The translations under genes and the position numbers were made by a program. 64,000 nucleotides of DNA from an uncultured delta proteobacterium. GTDB lineage: Bacteria; Desulfobacterota; Binatia; Binatales; Binataceae. Location of the stretch: contig CAVXXK010000003.1 in the NCBI GenBank assembly GCA_963765675.1, positions 384,001 through 448,000 of the forward strand. Reading direction: 5' to 3'. The notes under the pieces were generated by a model. The model saw only the letters and a list, made by a program, of their open reading frames with translations. It was not told the origin of the DNA and did not search any database. Of the stretch, positions 31,283 to 40,302 are shown piece after piece. Position 1 is the first letter of the stretch; each line of letters opens with the position of its first letter.

Positions 31283-32794
31283 TTACCTCGCGCCCGGGGC
31301 GGTCTCGAACTCGCGCGCCGCTTGCAGCGCACGGACCATCGCGCGCGCCTTGTTGACCGACTCCTCGAACTCGGCGGCGGGATCGGAATCGGCGACCACG
31401 CCGCCGCCGGCCTGGATGTAAACCCGGTTATTTTTGATTAGCAGCGTGCGCAACGCGATCGCGGTGTCAGTATTGCCGGTGTAGCTGAAATATCCGACCG
31501 CGCCGGCATAGACGCCGCGGCGAGTGTTCTCGAGCTCGTCGATTATCTGCATCGCGCGGATTTTCGGCGCTCCCGACACGGTGCCCTGCGGAAAGGTCGC
31601 GCGGAACGCATCGAACGCGTCGCACTCCTCGCGCAGCTTTCCGATCACGTTGGATACGATATGCATCACGTGCGAATAGCGCTCGACCACCATGTACTCG
31701 GTGACCTTGACCGAGCCGATCTCCGAAACCCGGCCGACGTCGTTGCGCCCGAGGTCTACCAGCATCACATGCTCGGCGCGCTCCTTGGGATCGGCCAGCA
31801 GCTCGGTCTCCATCGCGCGATCTTCCTCGTCAGTCTTTCCGCGCGGACGGGTGCCGGCGATCGGGCGCAAGGTAACTTCGCGCCCCTCGACTCGCACCAT
31901 CACTTCGGGCGACGCGCCAACGAGGGTATGGTCGCCGAGGCGGAGATAGAACATGTAGGGCGACGGATTGATCGCGCGCAGGCTGCGGTAAATGTTGAAC
32001 GGATGCGCGGTCAGCGGAGCCTCGAAGCGCTGCGACGGAACCACCTGGATTATATCGCCGGCCACGATGTATTCCTTGGCGGCGGAGACCGTCGCCATGT
32101 AGGCCTCGCGCGTGAGATTCGAGGTGATCGTGGCGTCGTTGGCTGCTGCTGACGCGGCGCCTTCGAGCCGCGGCGGGACCACTGGCGCTTTGAGCCGCGC
32201 GACCATCTCGTCGATCTTTATCTGCGCGCTCTGATACGCCGCGCGCGTCGACTGAAATTCATCCACCGGAACGTTCGCGATGATCCGCAAAGTCTGGCGC
32301 ACGTTGTCGAACATCAGCATCGTATCGGTGAACATCATGTAGAGATCGGGCACGCCCAGGTCGTCGTTGGCGGTTTCGGGAATCCGCTCGAAGCAGCGCA
32401 CGATGTCATAGGCGAGAAATCCGACCGCTCCGCCGAAGAAGCGCGGATTTCCGGGCAGCTCGGGCGCGCGAAAGCGCGCGACTTCCTGGCGCAGCTCGTC
32501 GAATGAGTTAGTAATCGAGCGCACCTCGACGCCGCGGCCCGGCCGGATGATATCCATGCGACCGGCGCGCGCCCGAATGACCATCGAGGGCTCCGTGCCC
32601 AGAAAGGTGTAGCGGCCCCACTTCTCTCCGCCGCGAACGCTCTCGAGCAGGAACGAGTAGTCGCCGCGCGCGACCTTGAGGAAGGCGGAGACGGGAGTCT
32701 CGAGATCCGCGGCAATCTCGCGCGCCACCGGGATCAGGTTGTAGCCCTGGCGTTTCAGCTCTTCAAATTCGCGCTCACTCGGTTGAAGCATCAT
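31283..32794 (-). CDS. trpE: Anthranilate synthase component I
   Basis: FLLES, NPSPYM, PIAGTRPRG, AEHVMLVDLGRND, GTVSGAPK. Confidence 0.97.
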   Translation of the reverse strand: MMLQPSEREFEELKRQGYNLIPVAREIAADLETPVSAFLKVARGDYSFLLESVRGGEKWGRYTFLGTEPSMVIRARAGRMDIIRPGRGVEVRSITNSFDELRQEVARFRAPELPGNPRFFGGAVGFLAYDIVRCFERIPETANDDLGVPDLYMMFTDTMLMFDNVRQTLRIIANVPVDEFQSTRAAYQSAQIKIDEMVARLKAPVVPPRLEGAASAAANDATITSNLTREAYMATVSAAKEYIVAGDIIQVVPSQRFEAPLTAHPFNIYRSLRAINPSPYMFYLRLGDHTLVGASPEVMVRVEGREVTLRPIAGTRPRGKTDEEDRAMETELLADPKERAEHVMLVDLGRNDVGRVSEIGSVKVTEYMVVERYSHVMHIVSNVIGKLREECDAFDAFRATFPQGTVSGAPKIRAMQIIDELENTRRGVYAGAVGYFSYTGNTDTAIALRTLLIKNNRVYIQAGGGVVADSDPAAEFEESVNKARAMVRALQAAREFETAPGAR

Positions 32795-32837
32795 GCCTCT
32801 CTCCTGCACCGCGTTCGCGTTGCGTCTCCCGGCAGAT

Positions 32838-32876
32838 AAAGAAAAAGGGCCGCCGGTTTTCGCCCGCGGCCCTTTT
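32838..32876 (-). terminator. trp attenuator terminator hairpin
   Basis: Minus strand AAAAGGGCCGCGGGCGAAAACCGGCGGCCCTTTTTCTTT: GC stem followed by U-run, 45 bp upstream of trpE. Confidence 0.85.
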
Positions 32877-32900
32877 AAGATTCTGGTTTTGTTCGATCTG

Positions 32901-32981
32901 CTACAAAACCGGCGCGCAGGCGAGTGCGACGACGTTCCAGCGCCAGTCCGCCCAAGCCTTGCCGATAGTGCAGCGGTTCAT
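32901..32981 (-). CDS. trpL: trp operon leader peptide (26 aa, three Trp)
   Basis: MNRCTIGKAWADWRWNVVALACAPVL*; three clustered TGG codons just before the terminator. Confidence 0.8.
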   Translation of the reverse strand: MNRCTIGKAWADWRWNVVALACAPVL

Positions 32982-33053
32982 TACCAACTGAGTATCCACG
33001 CGCCGCGCCCGGTTGTCAATCCGGGCACGGCGCGCGTACTGCTGCGAGAAAGT

Positions 33054-34049
33054 TCATCCTCGCTGTTGCACCTCCTCGTCCGCCTCAACGGCGGCGCAGG
33101 ACGGAATCGCAGGCGCTTCCCATATTTCGCGATAGGCGCCGACGACTTCGGCCGGCAGATTCGGGATTGCGCGGGCAACGAATTCGAGCTGCAACATGTT
33201 GAGCCGGTTTCTCGATGACCTCGGCGCCAGATGGCGCGCGCCGAGCCGAATCATCTCGATCATCTTCTGCAACCTCGGCGCTTCACCTTCATCGAAGTTC
33301 AACTCGCCCGATGCGCGCTCTTCATCGGCATCCTGATAGTACAGCGCGGGACCGTATATGAGGTTCCATACCTCCGCGGTATTGAAGTCGATCGTGTCCT
33401 CGGCGGCGAAGAGCAACTCCTGCACGGTCTTGTTGGTCGTCCAATACACCTGCGGCTGCAGGCGATGGATCTGCGCGGCCAGGCGCGCATCCACGAAGCT
33501 TGTCGCGACGGAGTAGTACTCTTCGACGAGGACTCGCCTGGTTTCGTGATCGAGCGAACGCTGCACCAGGCCGCCATACAACATCCGGTGTAGGCTTTTG
33601 TACACCGCGGCGGGATAGCGAACCCGATTGGCCATCGCAAACCCAACCTGCCCTACAGGTCCCATATTCGCGAGCGCGCGCCGAATATCGCCCCGATCGT
33701 TCAGCAACTGATCGGGGTCGCGCACCTTCTTCGGGCTGTCGAAGAAATCGTCGATCCAATGCGACGCATAGGTCAGAAAGGATTTCGCCTGGATTTCCTC
33801 CCATCGGCCCGACGACACGATCGCGAGGATAAAGGCGTGCACCTCGACTTCGTCGTAGCGATGAACCGTGCTGGTGGTGACTCCAAACCTGTCGAGAAGG
33901 CCGGTATCGGCGAGCAGGTCCACGAACTCGGCGTGCCCAGCTTTGACCGCGGCGAGCAATTCCCGCCAGTCGGGCACGGTCCGGTACAGGCTTTCGAAAT
34001 GCGAATTGCTTGAGACTGATTGTTCTGAATAGTTGTTGATCATAGTCAT
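33054..34049 (-). CDS. Hypothetical protein, putative class I isoprenoid/terpene synthase fold
   Basis: WIDDFFD (DDxxD), NKT, and second acidic motif YQDADEERASGE at class-I-like spacing; fold is inference. Confidence 0.5.
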   Translation of the reverse strand: MTMINNYSEQSVSSNSHFESLYRTVPDWRELLAAVKAGHAEFVDLLADTGLLDRFGVTTSTVHRYDEVEVHAFILAIVSSGRWEEIQAKSFLTYASHWIDDFFDSPKKVRDPDQLLNDRGDIRRALANMGPVGQVGFAMANRVRYPAAVYKSLHRMLYGGLVQRSLDHETRRVLVEEYYSVATSFVDARLAAQIHRLQPQVYWTTNKTVQELLFAAEDTIDFNTAEVWNLIYGPALYYQDADEERASGELNFDEGEAPRLQKMIEMIRLGARHLAPRSSRNRLNMLQLEFVARAIPNLPAEVVGAYREIWEAPAIPSCAAVEADEEVQQRG

Positions 34050-34067
34050 AACTCCTCATTCACGAAT

Positions 34068-34805
34068 TCACTGCCGCGCACCGTGGGGCGACGCGGCTCC
34101 ATTGCCATTAGCGCGATTCAACGCGGGCACGGCCGACACGGCTGCACTCCCTTCTCGCGATGGCTCTTGGATCTCGCGCGTTGGTGCGGGCACGGGCGCC
34201 GGCCGATCGAATCGCAGCACTTGCCGTCCCTCGCGGTTTTTGAACAGGAATTCGAATCCGGACCGTATGTACTCCTCGAGCTTCTCGCCCTGGAGGATCA
34301 TGGGCTGTGTCCAGATTTCTTCGCCGTCCACCGTTTCAGCGTAGGGCCACAGCAACGGTTCGCAGGCATTGACGAAATTGAGCTGTGCGTAGGAGATGCT
34401 GAGATCCACTGGCCGAAACATCGGGTAGAGCAGGATTGCTTTCGCTTGAACGATACCTGCAACTGCGGCCGCTAGATGGCGAGCAATCGTCCCGACTCCA
34501 GTGGACAACGACCATAACTCGCCCCCCTCGATGACCGACTGTGGAGGGAGATGACTCAGGTCCGGCTTTGACAGACTCGGCGGAAGCGTCGCGAGGTCGT
34601 GCGATATGAAACCTCCAAGCATTCGTTCGATGGCGTCGCCTTCGCTCTCGAACAAGGCGTACAGACTTCCGTAGCGCAAGTGAGCCGTTCCGAGCCGCGA
34701 CCGGGAAGTTTCGCTCCATCTGACACCGCGCGTCGCCCGCGCTTGTATGAGACACTTTGCAAAGATTTCTCGTTCCAATTCAGTAGTTAAAAGACGTAGT
34801 TCCAT
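34068..34805 (-). CDS. Hypothetical protein, putative GNAT/acyl-synthase-like fold
   Basis: Clean 245-aa ORF; VIEGGELWSLSTGVG..AKAILLYP...YAQLNF pattern recalls LuxI/FeeM/thermostable-hemolysin GNAT folds (inference). Confidence 0.4.
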   Translation of the reverse strand: MELRLLTTELEREIFAKCLIQARATRGVRWSETSRSRLGTAHLRYGSLYALFESEGDAIERMLGGFISHDLATLPPSLSKPDLSHLPPQSVIEGGELWSLSTGVGTIARHLAAAVAGIVQAKAILLYPMFRPVDLSISYAQLNFVNACEPLLWPYAETVDGEEIWTQPMILQGEKLEEYIRSGFEFLFKNREGRQVLRFDRPAPVPAPTREIQEPSREGSAAVSAVPALNRANGNGAASPHGARQ

Positions 34806-35307
34806 CGCAATTCACCCGTTTTGGGCAGTTGCCCTTTTTATTTCCGATTTGTTGTCAGGACGAAGCTGCGGGCCGCCCGGAAGGATCGGTGGTGCGCGCG
34901 CACTGAGGCATCGCGGTTGGCTAATGAACCGGTCCCAGATGACCTCCGGGAGTGCCGGACAACCGCCGTCCAAGGTTAACTCGGAACAAAAGCGATACCT
35001 CCGCTGCGTCACACAGGCGGATATTTTTTGCTGACGATTGGTGAATTTTGTGTATGGCAGCATGCGCAACCTGCCAATAACACAAATTGAAGATCAGACA
35101 CTTCAGCCGTTCCAAGCGTTCTATCGATCGAACAGCTTGGCTTGAGCACGGGGTTTCTATCGATTCCGCGTGAGCAAAGTTTCTAGCGCTAGGATGCTGA
35201 CTGAACGGTAGAGCAAGCTGCCCAGAAGCAGGACTATGTCAGGTTCTCAAATGTTGCTAACCGATTGTTGACAGGAGTACCATCGCGACGGCGTAGGTTA
35301 CGGACGT

Positions 35308-36094
35308 ATGGCCTTGAATACGACAACGCGGAATCTCAACGGCCTGATTCGTGAGATAGTTAAAGACGCGCACGCTACCGGCCAGCGATCTGACTTGAGT
35401 GCGCAAGCGAAATACTTCCGTTCTTTTTCCAAGCTCGACTATCGGGTGGCTGTCGCAAAACAGCTGGATAGGCGCCAACTAGTGGGAATCTTCGATGATT
35501 TGCGAAAGGTGTTGCCGACCTTAAATCAGGAGATTTTCGGAATCACCGATCTGTCTCGATTAGCCGCGATAGCTGCCCGCCTGGGCGCTCTCTTGCACGC
35601 TGAGCCCTTTGATGGCGTCAAAGGTCGGGCCTTACGGGGATTCTATGTTCATGATCGAGAGATCTTGGGCCGCCCTCTTATATGCATAAATTCGGCAAAT
35701 CACCCTGTCGCTGTTGCAGCCGCGTTCTGGCACGAGATGGGTCACCATCTGACAAACCGTATATTTGACGCGAAATGCGACCTTAGCAGTTCGAATTTCA
35801 GTACGAATTATCAAGACCATCTTGATGATCCGCGAGAGATCGTCGCCGATATGGTACTGGCTCTAGCCGGATATCCGAGCTCGGCTGCCACTACGCTGTT
35901 TGGTTGCTCCGCAAACGGGCCCCGTCGACCCGGACCTTAACCTGTTGCTGTTACGCGCTCAGTCATATGTTCGATCGGTGTTGGATTTCGAGTTCGAAGC
36001 GCAATTCGCCGCAACTGAAAACCTAAGCTATTTGGCGGGCATAATACATGTGGCCAAATTGCGGGCAACCTTACTCAACGAGTACGGAATATGA
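35308..36094 (+). CDS. ImmA/IrrE-family metallopeptidase (frameshift ~35915)
   Basis: LRGFY...PLICINS...AFWHEMGHH...REIVAD; continues in the 35900-36094 frame, whose stop overlaps the XRE start (ATGA). Confidence 0.7.
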
Positions 36095-36531
36095 CCAAGC
36101 GAACGCTCGGGGTGGTGGTGAAAGAGGCGCGCGTCGCGATGGAAATGACGCAGCGCGAGCTTGCCCGTGCTATCCGCGTCAAGCCAAGCCACATCGCGTA
36201 TATCGAGAGCGGCAAACGCAGGCCGTCGCTCACGCTGCTTCGGCGGATCTCAACCACGCTCGGGCTCAATCCTCGCGAACTGCTGTTCCTGGCGCATCCG
36301 GATGCGCGATTCCTGGCGGGTTTTCTCGAACAACCCGGCGGTATCAAGCGAGTTGACGATTCGTGGCGACGATTCTCCTCGAATCGCGCGCTGCTGATGC
36401 GGCACAAAGTTACCGCCGCCGAGCTCAGGGTCCTGAAACGCGTCAGCCTGCTCGAGCACGTATCCGATCCGCGCCACTTCGTATTTGTCCTGAATGCGAT
36501 CCGTCAGGCTGCCGTCCGGGACGACTCTTAG
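36091..36531 (+). CDS. XRE-family HTH transcriptional regulator
   Basis: MTQRELARAIRVKPSHIAYIESGKRRPSL. Confidence 0.9.
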   Translation: MTKRTLGVVVKEARVAMEMTQRELARAIRVKPSHIAYIESGKRRPSLTLLRRISTTLGLNPRELLFLAHPDARFLAGFLEQPGGIKRVDDSWRRFSSNRALLMRHKVTAAELRVLKRVSLLEHVSDPRHFVFVLNAIRQAAVRDDS

Positions 36532-36543
36532 CGCACCGCGCCG

Positions 36544-37155
36544 TCAGCGCCCATTGTAGGTCGCGCGATACTGCTGATGCAGTTTTTCCTGCGCGGCCTG
36601 CGCCTCTTCCTGAGTGGCATATGGACCGACGCTCACGCGATACCACGTCTGCCCGTTCAGGTTCGTCGCGGTTTCGGTGGACGGAAAGCCGAGTGCCTTC
36701 AGCCGCCGCGTCATGTCGTCGGCGCCCGCGCGATCCATCACGGCATCGATCTGGATATTGAACTGATGCCTGCGTAGCGCCGGCGACGGCTCGGCATTGG
36801 CGACCGTGCGCGGGCTCGCAGCCGCCATCGGATGCGCCAGCTCGGGCATGCGCGCGGCCGGAGTCCTGACCGCTTCGGGTGCGAAAGACTTCGGATGCAT
36901 CGCGGGCGCGATCGCCGCGACGCTCGGCGCGGCCGCCGGAGAGCGCTCCGCCTCAGGCGCCGCCGCAGTCGGAGTAGGCTCGAGCGCGGGCGGCGTCGGC
37001 ACCGGGAAAACCGACGCGACCTGAGTCGTGTCGGCGTTATTCTGCCGCGCCATTTCGTAGCCCGCGATCAGCCCAAGCGCAAACACCGCGCCCGAGAGTC
37101 CCAGAAGCCCCACTAGAATTAGAACTGCGCCGCCCGCCCTGATTTCGAATCGCAT
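36544..37155 (-). CDS. SPOR-domain cell division protein
   Basis: N-terminal TM, Pro/Ala linker, WYRVSVGPY.TQEEA; follows argS. Confidence 0.85.
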   Translation of the reverse strand: MRFEIRAGGAVLILVGLLGLSGAVFALGLIAGYEMARQNNADTTQVASVFPVPTPPALEPTPTAAAPEAERSPAAAPSVAAIAPAMHPKSFAPEAVRTPAARMPELAHPMAAASPRTVANAEPSPALRRHQFNIQIDAVMDRAGADDMTRRLKALGFPSTETATNLNGQTWYRVSVGPYATQEEAQAAQEKLHQQYRATYNGR

Positions 37156-37162
37156 CGCCGCC

Positions 37163-38840
37163 TCACATCCGCTCCGGTGCGCTGACACCGAGGATCCCCA
37201 ACCCCGCCGCGATCGCGGTCCGCACCAGTCCGGCCAGATAAAGCCGTGCAAGGCTGAGCTCGCGATCGGGTCCAATTATACGATTCGCGGGCTTGTTGTA
37301 ATAGCGATGGAATTCGCCGGCGAGCTCGAGCAGGTAGAACGAGATGCGATGCGGCTCGAGCGCTTCGGCCGCGCCGGTCATCACCTCCGGCATCCCGACC
37401 GCGCGTTTAGCGAGATCGAGTTCCTCGTCCGAGAGCAGCGCGAGATCGACCGCCGCGGTGTCGGCGGGAAGCGCGAGGCCCGATTTTTCGCCTTCGCGGA
37501 AAATGCTTGCCAGGCGCGCGTGTGCGTATTGCACATAAAAGACCGGATTCTCCGGCGCCTGTTTTTTGGCGAGCTCGAGATCGAAATCGAGCTGGCTGTC
37601 GGATTTGCGGAACAGGAAAAAGAACCGCACCACGTCGGCGCCAACCTCGTCGATAAGCTCGTCCAGCGTGACGTAGGTCGCCTTGCGCGTGGACATTTTG
37701 ATCTTCTCGCCGCCGCGCGTCAGCGTCACGAACTGGTAGATGATAGCGCGGATCGGTGTCGCGTCATGGCCAAGCGCCTTGACCGCCGCGATCACTTCCT
37801 TGTGCTCGGCAAGATGGTCCGCGCCAAACACGTCCACGATCAGATCGAAGCGGCGTTCGAGCTTTTCGATGTGGTAGGCGATATCGGCCGTGCGGTAAGT
37901 AGGCTCGCGGTCCGGTCCCGAGCGCACCAGGACTTCGTCCTTGGGCAATCCGAGCGGCTGCGCCGCGCAGCCATACCGCGCCATCGCGTTCGGTGATCAG
38001 ATCGCGCGCGCGCAATTCTTCGAGCACCTTTCCGATTCGGCCGGCTTTAATCAGGTCAACGTCGTTCGTGTAAACGTCGAAGCGGATCGCGAGCCGCTCG
38101 CAGGTGTGGAGGATATCCGCGAAGATCGCCTTGATCGCCGCGGCGCGAAAAATCTCGCGGTCCCCGCTCTCGTGCAGCCGGTCGCCGTCGCGGGCACGCA
38201 ACTCCTTTGCGATATCGCGAATATACTCGCCCTGGTAGCCGTCTTCCGGAAGCGCCGCGTCGATACCCAGCTCCTGCAGATAGCGCACGCGCACCGACTC
38301 GGCGAGCAGCTTCATCTGACGGCCGGCGTCGTTGAAATAATATTCGCGCGTCACGTTGAAGCCTGCCGCCTCGAACAGCCGCGCGATCGTATCGCCCAGC
38401 ACGGCATTGCGCCCGTGCCCGACGGTTACCGGACCGGTCGGATTCGCGGAGAGAAATTCGACCTGCACGCGATCGCCGGCACCGGGACGAAGCTCCCACT
38501 TGCGCGGACGAAAGTAAGCCGCGCCCTCGCGCACCGCGCGCCGGATCTCGCCGTGCCAGTACGCCGGCGCCATCCGGAAGTTGATGAACCCCGGACCCGC
38601 TATTCCGACCTCCACAATTTCCGGCGGCAGCTCGAGCGCGTCCTTGATCGCCGCCGCGATCGTGCGCGGCGGTTTGCCCTCGGCCCGCGCCATCGTCATC
38701 GCGACGTTCGACGCGATATCGCCGTGCGTGGAATCCTTCGGCGCTTCGACTCCGATCGTCGAGGGAGCGGACGCAAGCCGGCCTTTCGAGCGCGCCCGCT
38801 CGATTGCGGCGCTTAGGCACGAAACTACAATTTCCTTCAT
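37163..38840 (-). CDS. argS: Arginine--tRNA ligase, frameshift ~37975
   Basis: GPGFINF, EFLSANPTGPVTVGHGR, EYYFNDAG, FGADH, KMSTRK, NPVFYVQYAHAR, SAPERM. Confidence 0.96.
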
Positions 38841-38969
38841 CTCAGGGTTGCCGTTCGAATGTGGTGCAATCGTGCCAGATACGGGACGCCGTGTTAAGCC
38901 GCCGTCGGCGCGCGGCTTGACGCTCGGCGAGCCGCGATGCGACGCTCGACGCTAACGAGGAATACGACG

Positions 38970-39749
38970 ATGAATCTCGAACTGGCAGGAAAGATCGCGC
39001 TGGTGACCGGCGGGAGCAAAGGTATCGGACGCGCGACCGCGCTGACGCTGGCGGCGGAAGGCGCCGCCGTGGTGGTCTGCGCGCGCGGCAAAGAGGCGCT
39101 CGAAGAGACTGTCGCGCTTGCGCGCCAGACCGAAGGAGCACGCGTCGTGCCGGTCGCCGCGGACCTCACAATCCACGACGACATCCGCCGCGTGGTCAAG
39201 CGATGCATCGACGAGTTCGGCCGCATCGACATCCTGGTGAACAACGCCGGCAGCGCGCGTCCGGGAGAGTTTCAAAAGATTTCCGACGACGATTGGCACG
39301 CCGACTTCGAGCTCAAGTTCTTCGGCTACGTGCGGATGGCGCGCGAGGTGATGCCGCTGATGGCGGCGAACCGCGCCGGCGCGATCGTCAACGTGATCGG
39401 CACCGGTGGTCTGCGTCCGACTGCGGGCTACATGGTCGGCGGCGCGGCCAACGCCGCGCTCAATCATTTCACCAAGGCGCTGGCCGACGAGGGCGCGAAG
39501 CATCGCGTGCGCGTGGTGGGAGTCAATCCGGGACCGATCCTGACCGAGCGGCTGCGGCTGTTCTCGGAGCGCGCGGCGCACGGCCGCGATATCAAGGAGG
39601 TCTATTCGCGGATGACGCCGCTCGGGCGTCCGGGCGAGGCGCAGGAGGTTGCCGACCTGATCGTTTTCCTCGCGTCGCCGCGCGCCGCGTTTATCCACGG
39701 CGCCAATATCACGATCGACGGCGGCGCGAATCCGGGGTTGATCGGATGA
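38970..39749 (+). CDS. SDR family oxidoreductase
   Basis: TGGSKGIG, LVNNAG, VNPGPILT, IDGG. Confidence 0.92.
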   Translation: MNLELAGKIALVTGGSKGIGRATALTLAAEGAAVVVCARGKEALEETVALARQTEGARVVPVAADLTIHDDIRRVVKRCIDEFGRIDILVNNAGSARPGEFQKISDDDWHADFELKFFGYVRMAREVMPLMAANRAGAIVNVIGTGGLRPTAGYMVGGAANAALNHFTKALADEGAKHRVRVVGVNPGPILTERLRLFSERAAHGRDIKEVYSRMTPLGRPGEAQEVADLIVFLASPRAAFIHGANITIDGGANPGLIG

Positions 39750-39755
39750 CCGACG

Positions 39756-40199
39756 CTACTTTTTCTCGAACCAGTGCGGATCGTTCGACAGCGTGGGATA
39801 TCCGTTGCCGAGCTGGATCAGCACTCCGTGCGAGGAACGCGGCGAGATGAACGCCTCGTATGACGACGGCGACCACTCGGTTTGATCGACGACGCGCACG
39901 CCTTGTTGAACGAACTGCGTGACCTTGGCTTTCGTGTCGGGGACGTTGAAGGTCAGGTGATGCATCCCCTCGCCGCGCGTGGCGAGGAACTTGTGCAGGA
40001 ATGAATCCGCGCCGAGCGGTTCGAGCAGCTCGATCGTGAGTCCGTTCAGATCGAACTCGGCGAGCTTGTAACCGGCCTTGTCACTTTCGGCCTCGTACAT
40101 GAATCTCGCGCCGAGCACGCCCTCGTAGAACTTGCGCGCCTCGGCGACGCTTTTAACCGCGATCCCGATATGATCGAGCTTTCCGATCGGCTCCGCCAT
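39756..40199 (-). CDS. VOC/methylmalonyl-CoA epimerase-like protein
   Basis: LDHIGIAV, IELLEP, RGEGMHHL, HGVLIQL. Confidence 0.85.
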   Translation of the reverse strand: MAEPIGKLDHIGIAVKSVAEARKFYEGVLGARFMYEAESDKAGYKLAEFDLNGLTIELLEPLGADSFLHKFLATRGEGMHHLTFNVPDTKAKVTQFVQQGVRVVDQTEWSPSSYEAFISPRSSHGVLIQLGNGYPTLSNDPHWFEKK

Positions 40200-40302
40200 C
40201 GTGGATTAACCCGCCCTGCTGAATGAAGGATGATTTCAGCATCCATTACCTTCCAGCGCCACGCGCCGCAAGGCCCGGGCAGGCTCGGTTTGGAGTGAGC
40301 AC

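Noticed and set aside
32795-33053. T-box control of the trp operon
   Set aside because: No T-box consensus; the Trp-codon leader peptide explains the terminator
34812-35069. 85-aa ORF as precursor peptide for the downstream enzymes
   Set aside because: No clear RBS or leader/core pattern; cannot be supported without homologs
27637-38840. Programmed frameshifting in trpB, trpF or argS
   Set aside because: No shared slippery sites, and too many unrelated genes affected; assembly error is more parsimonious
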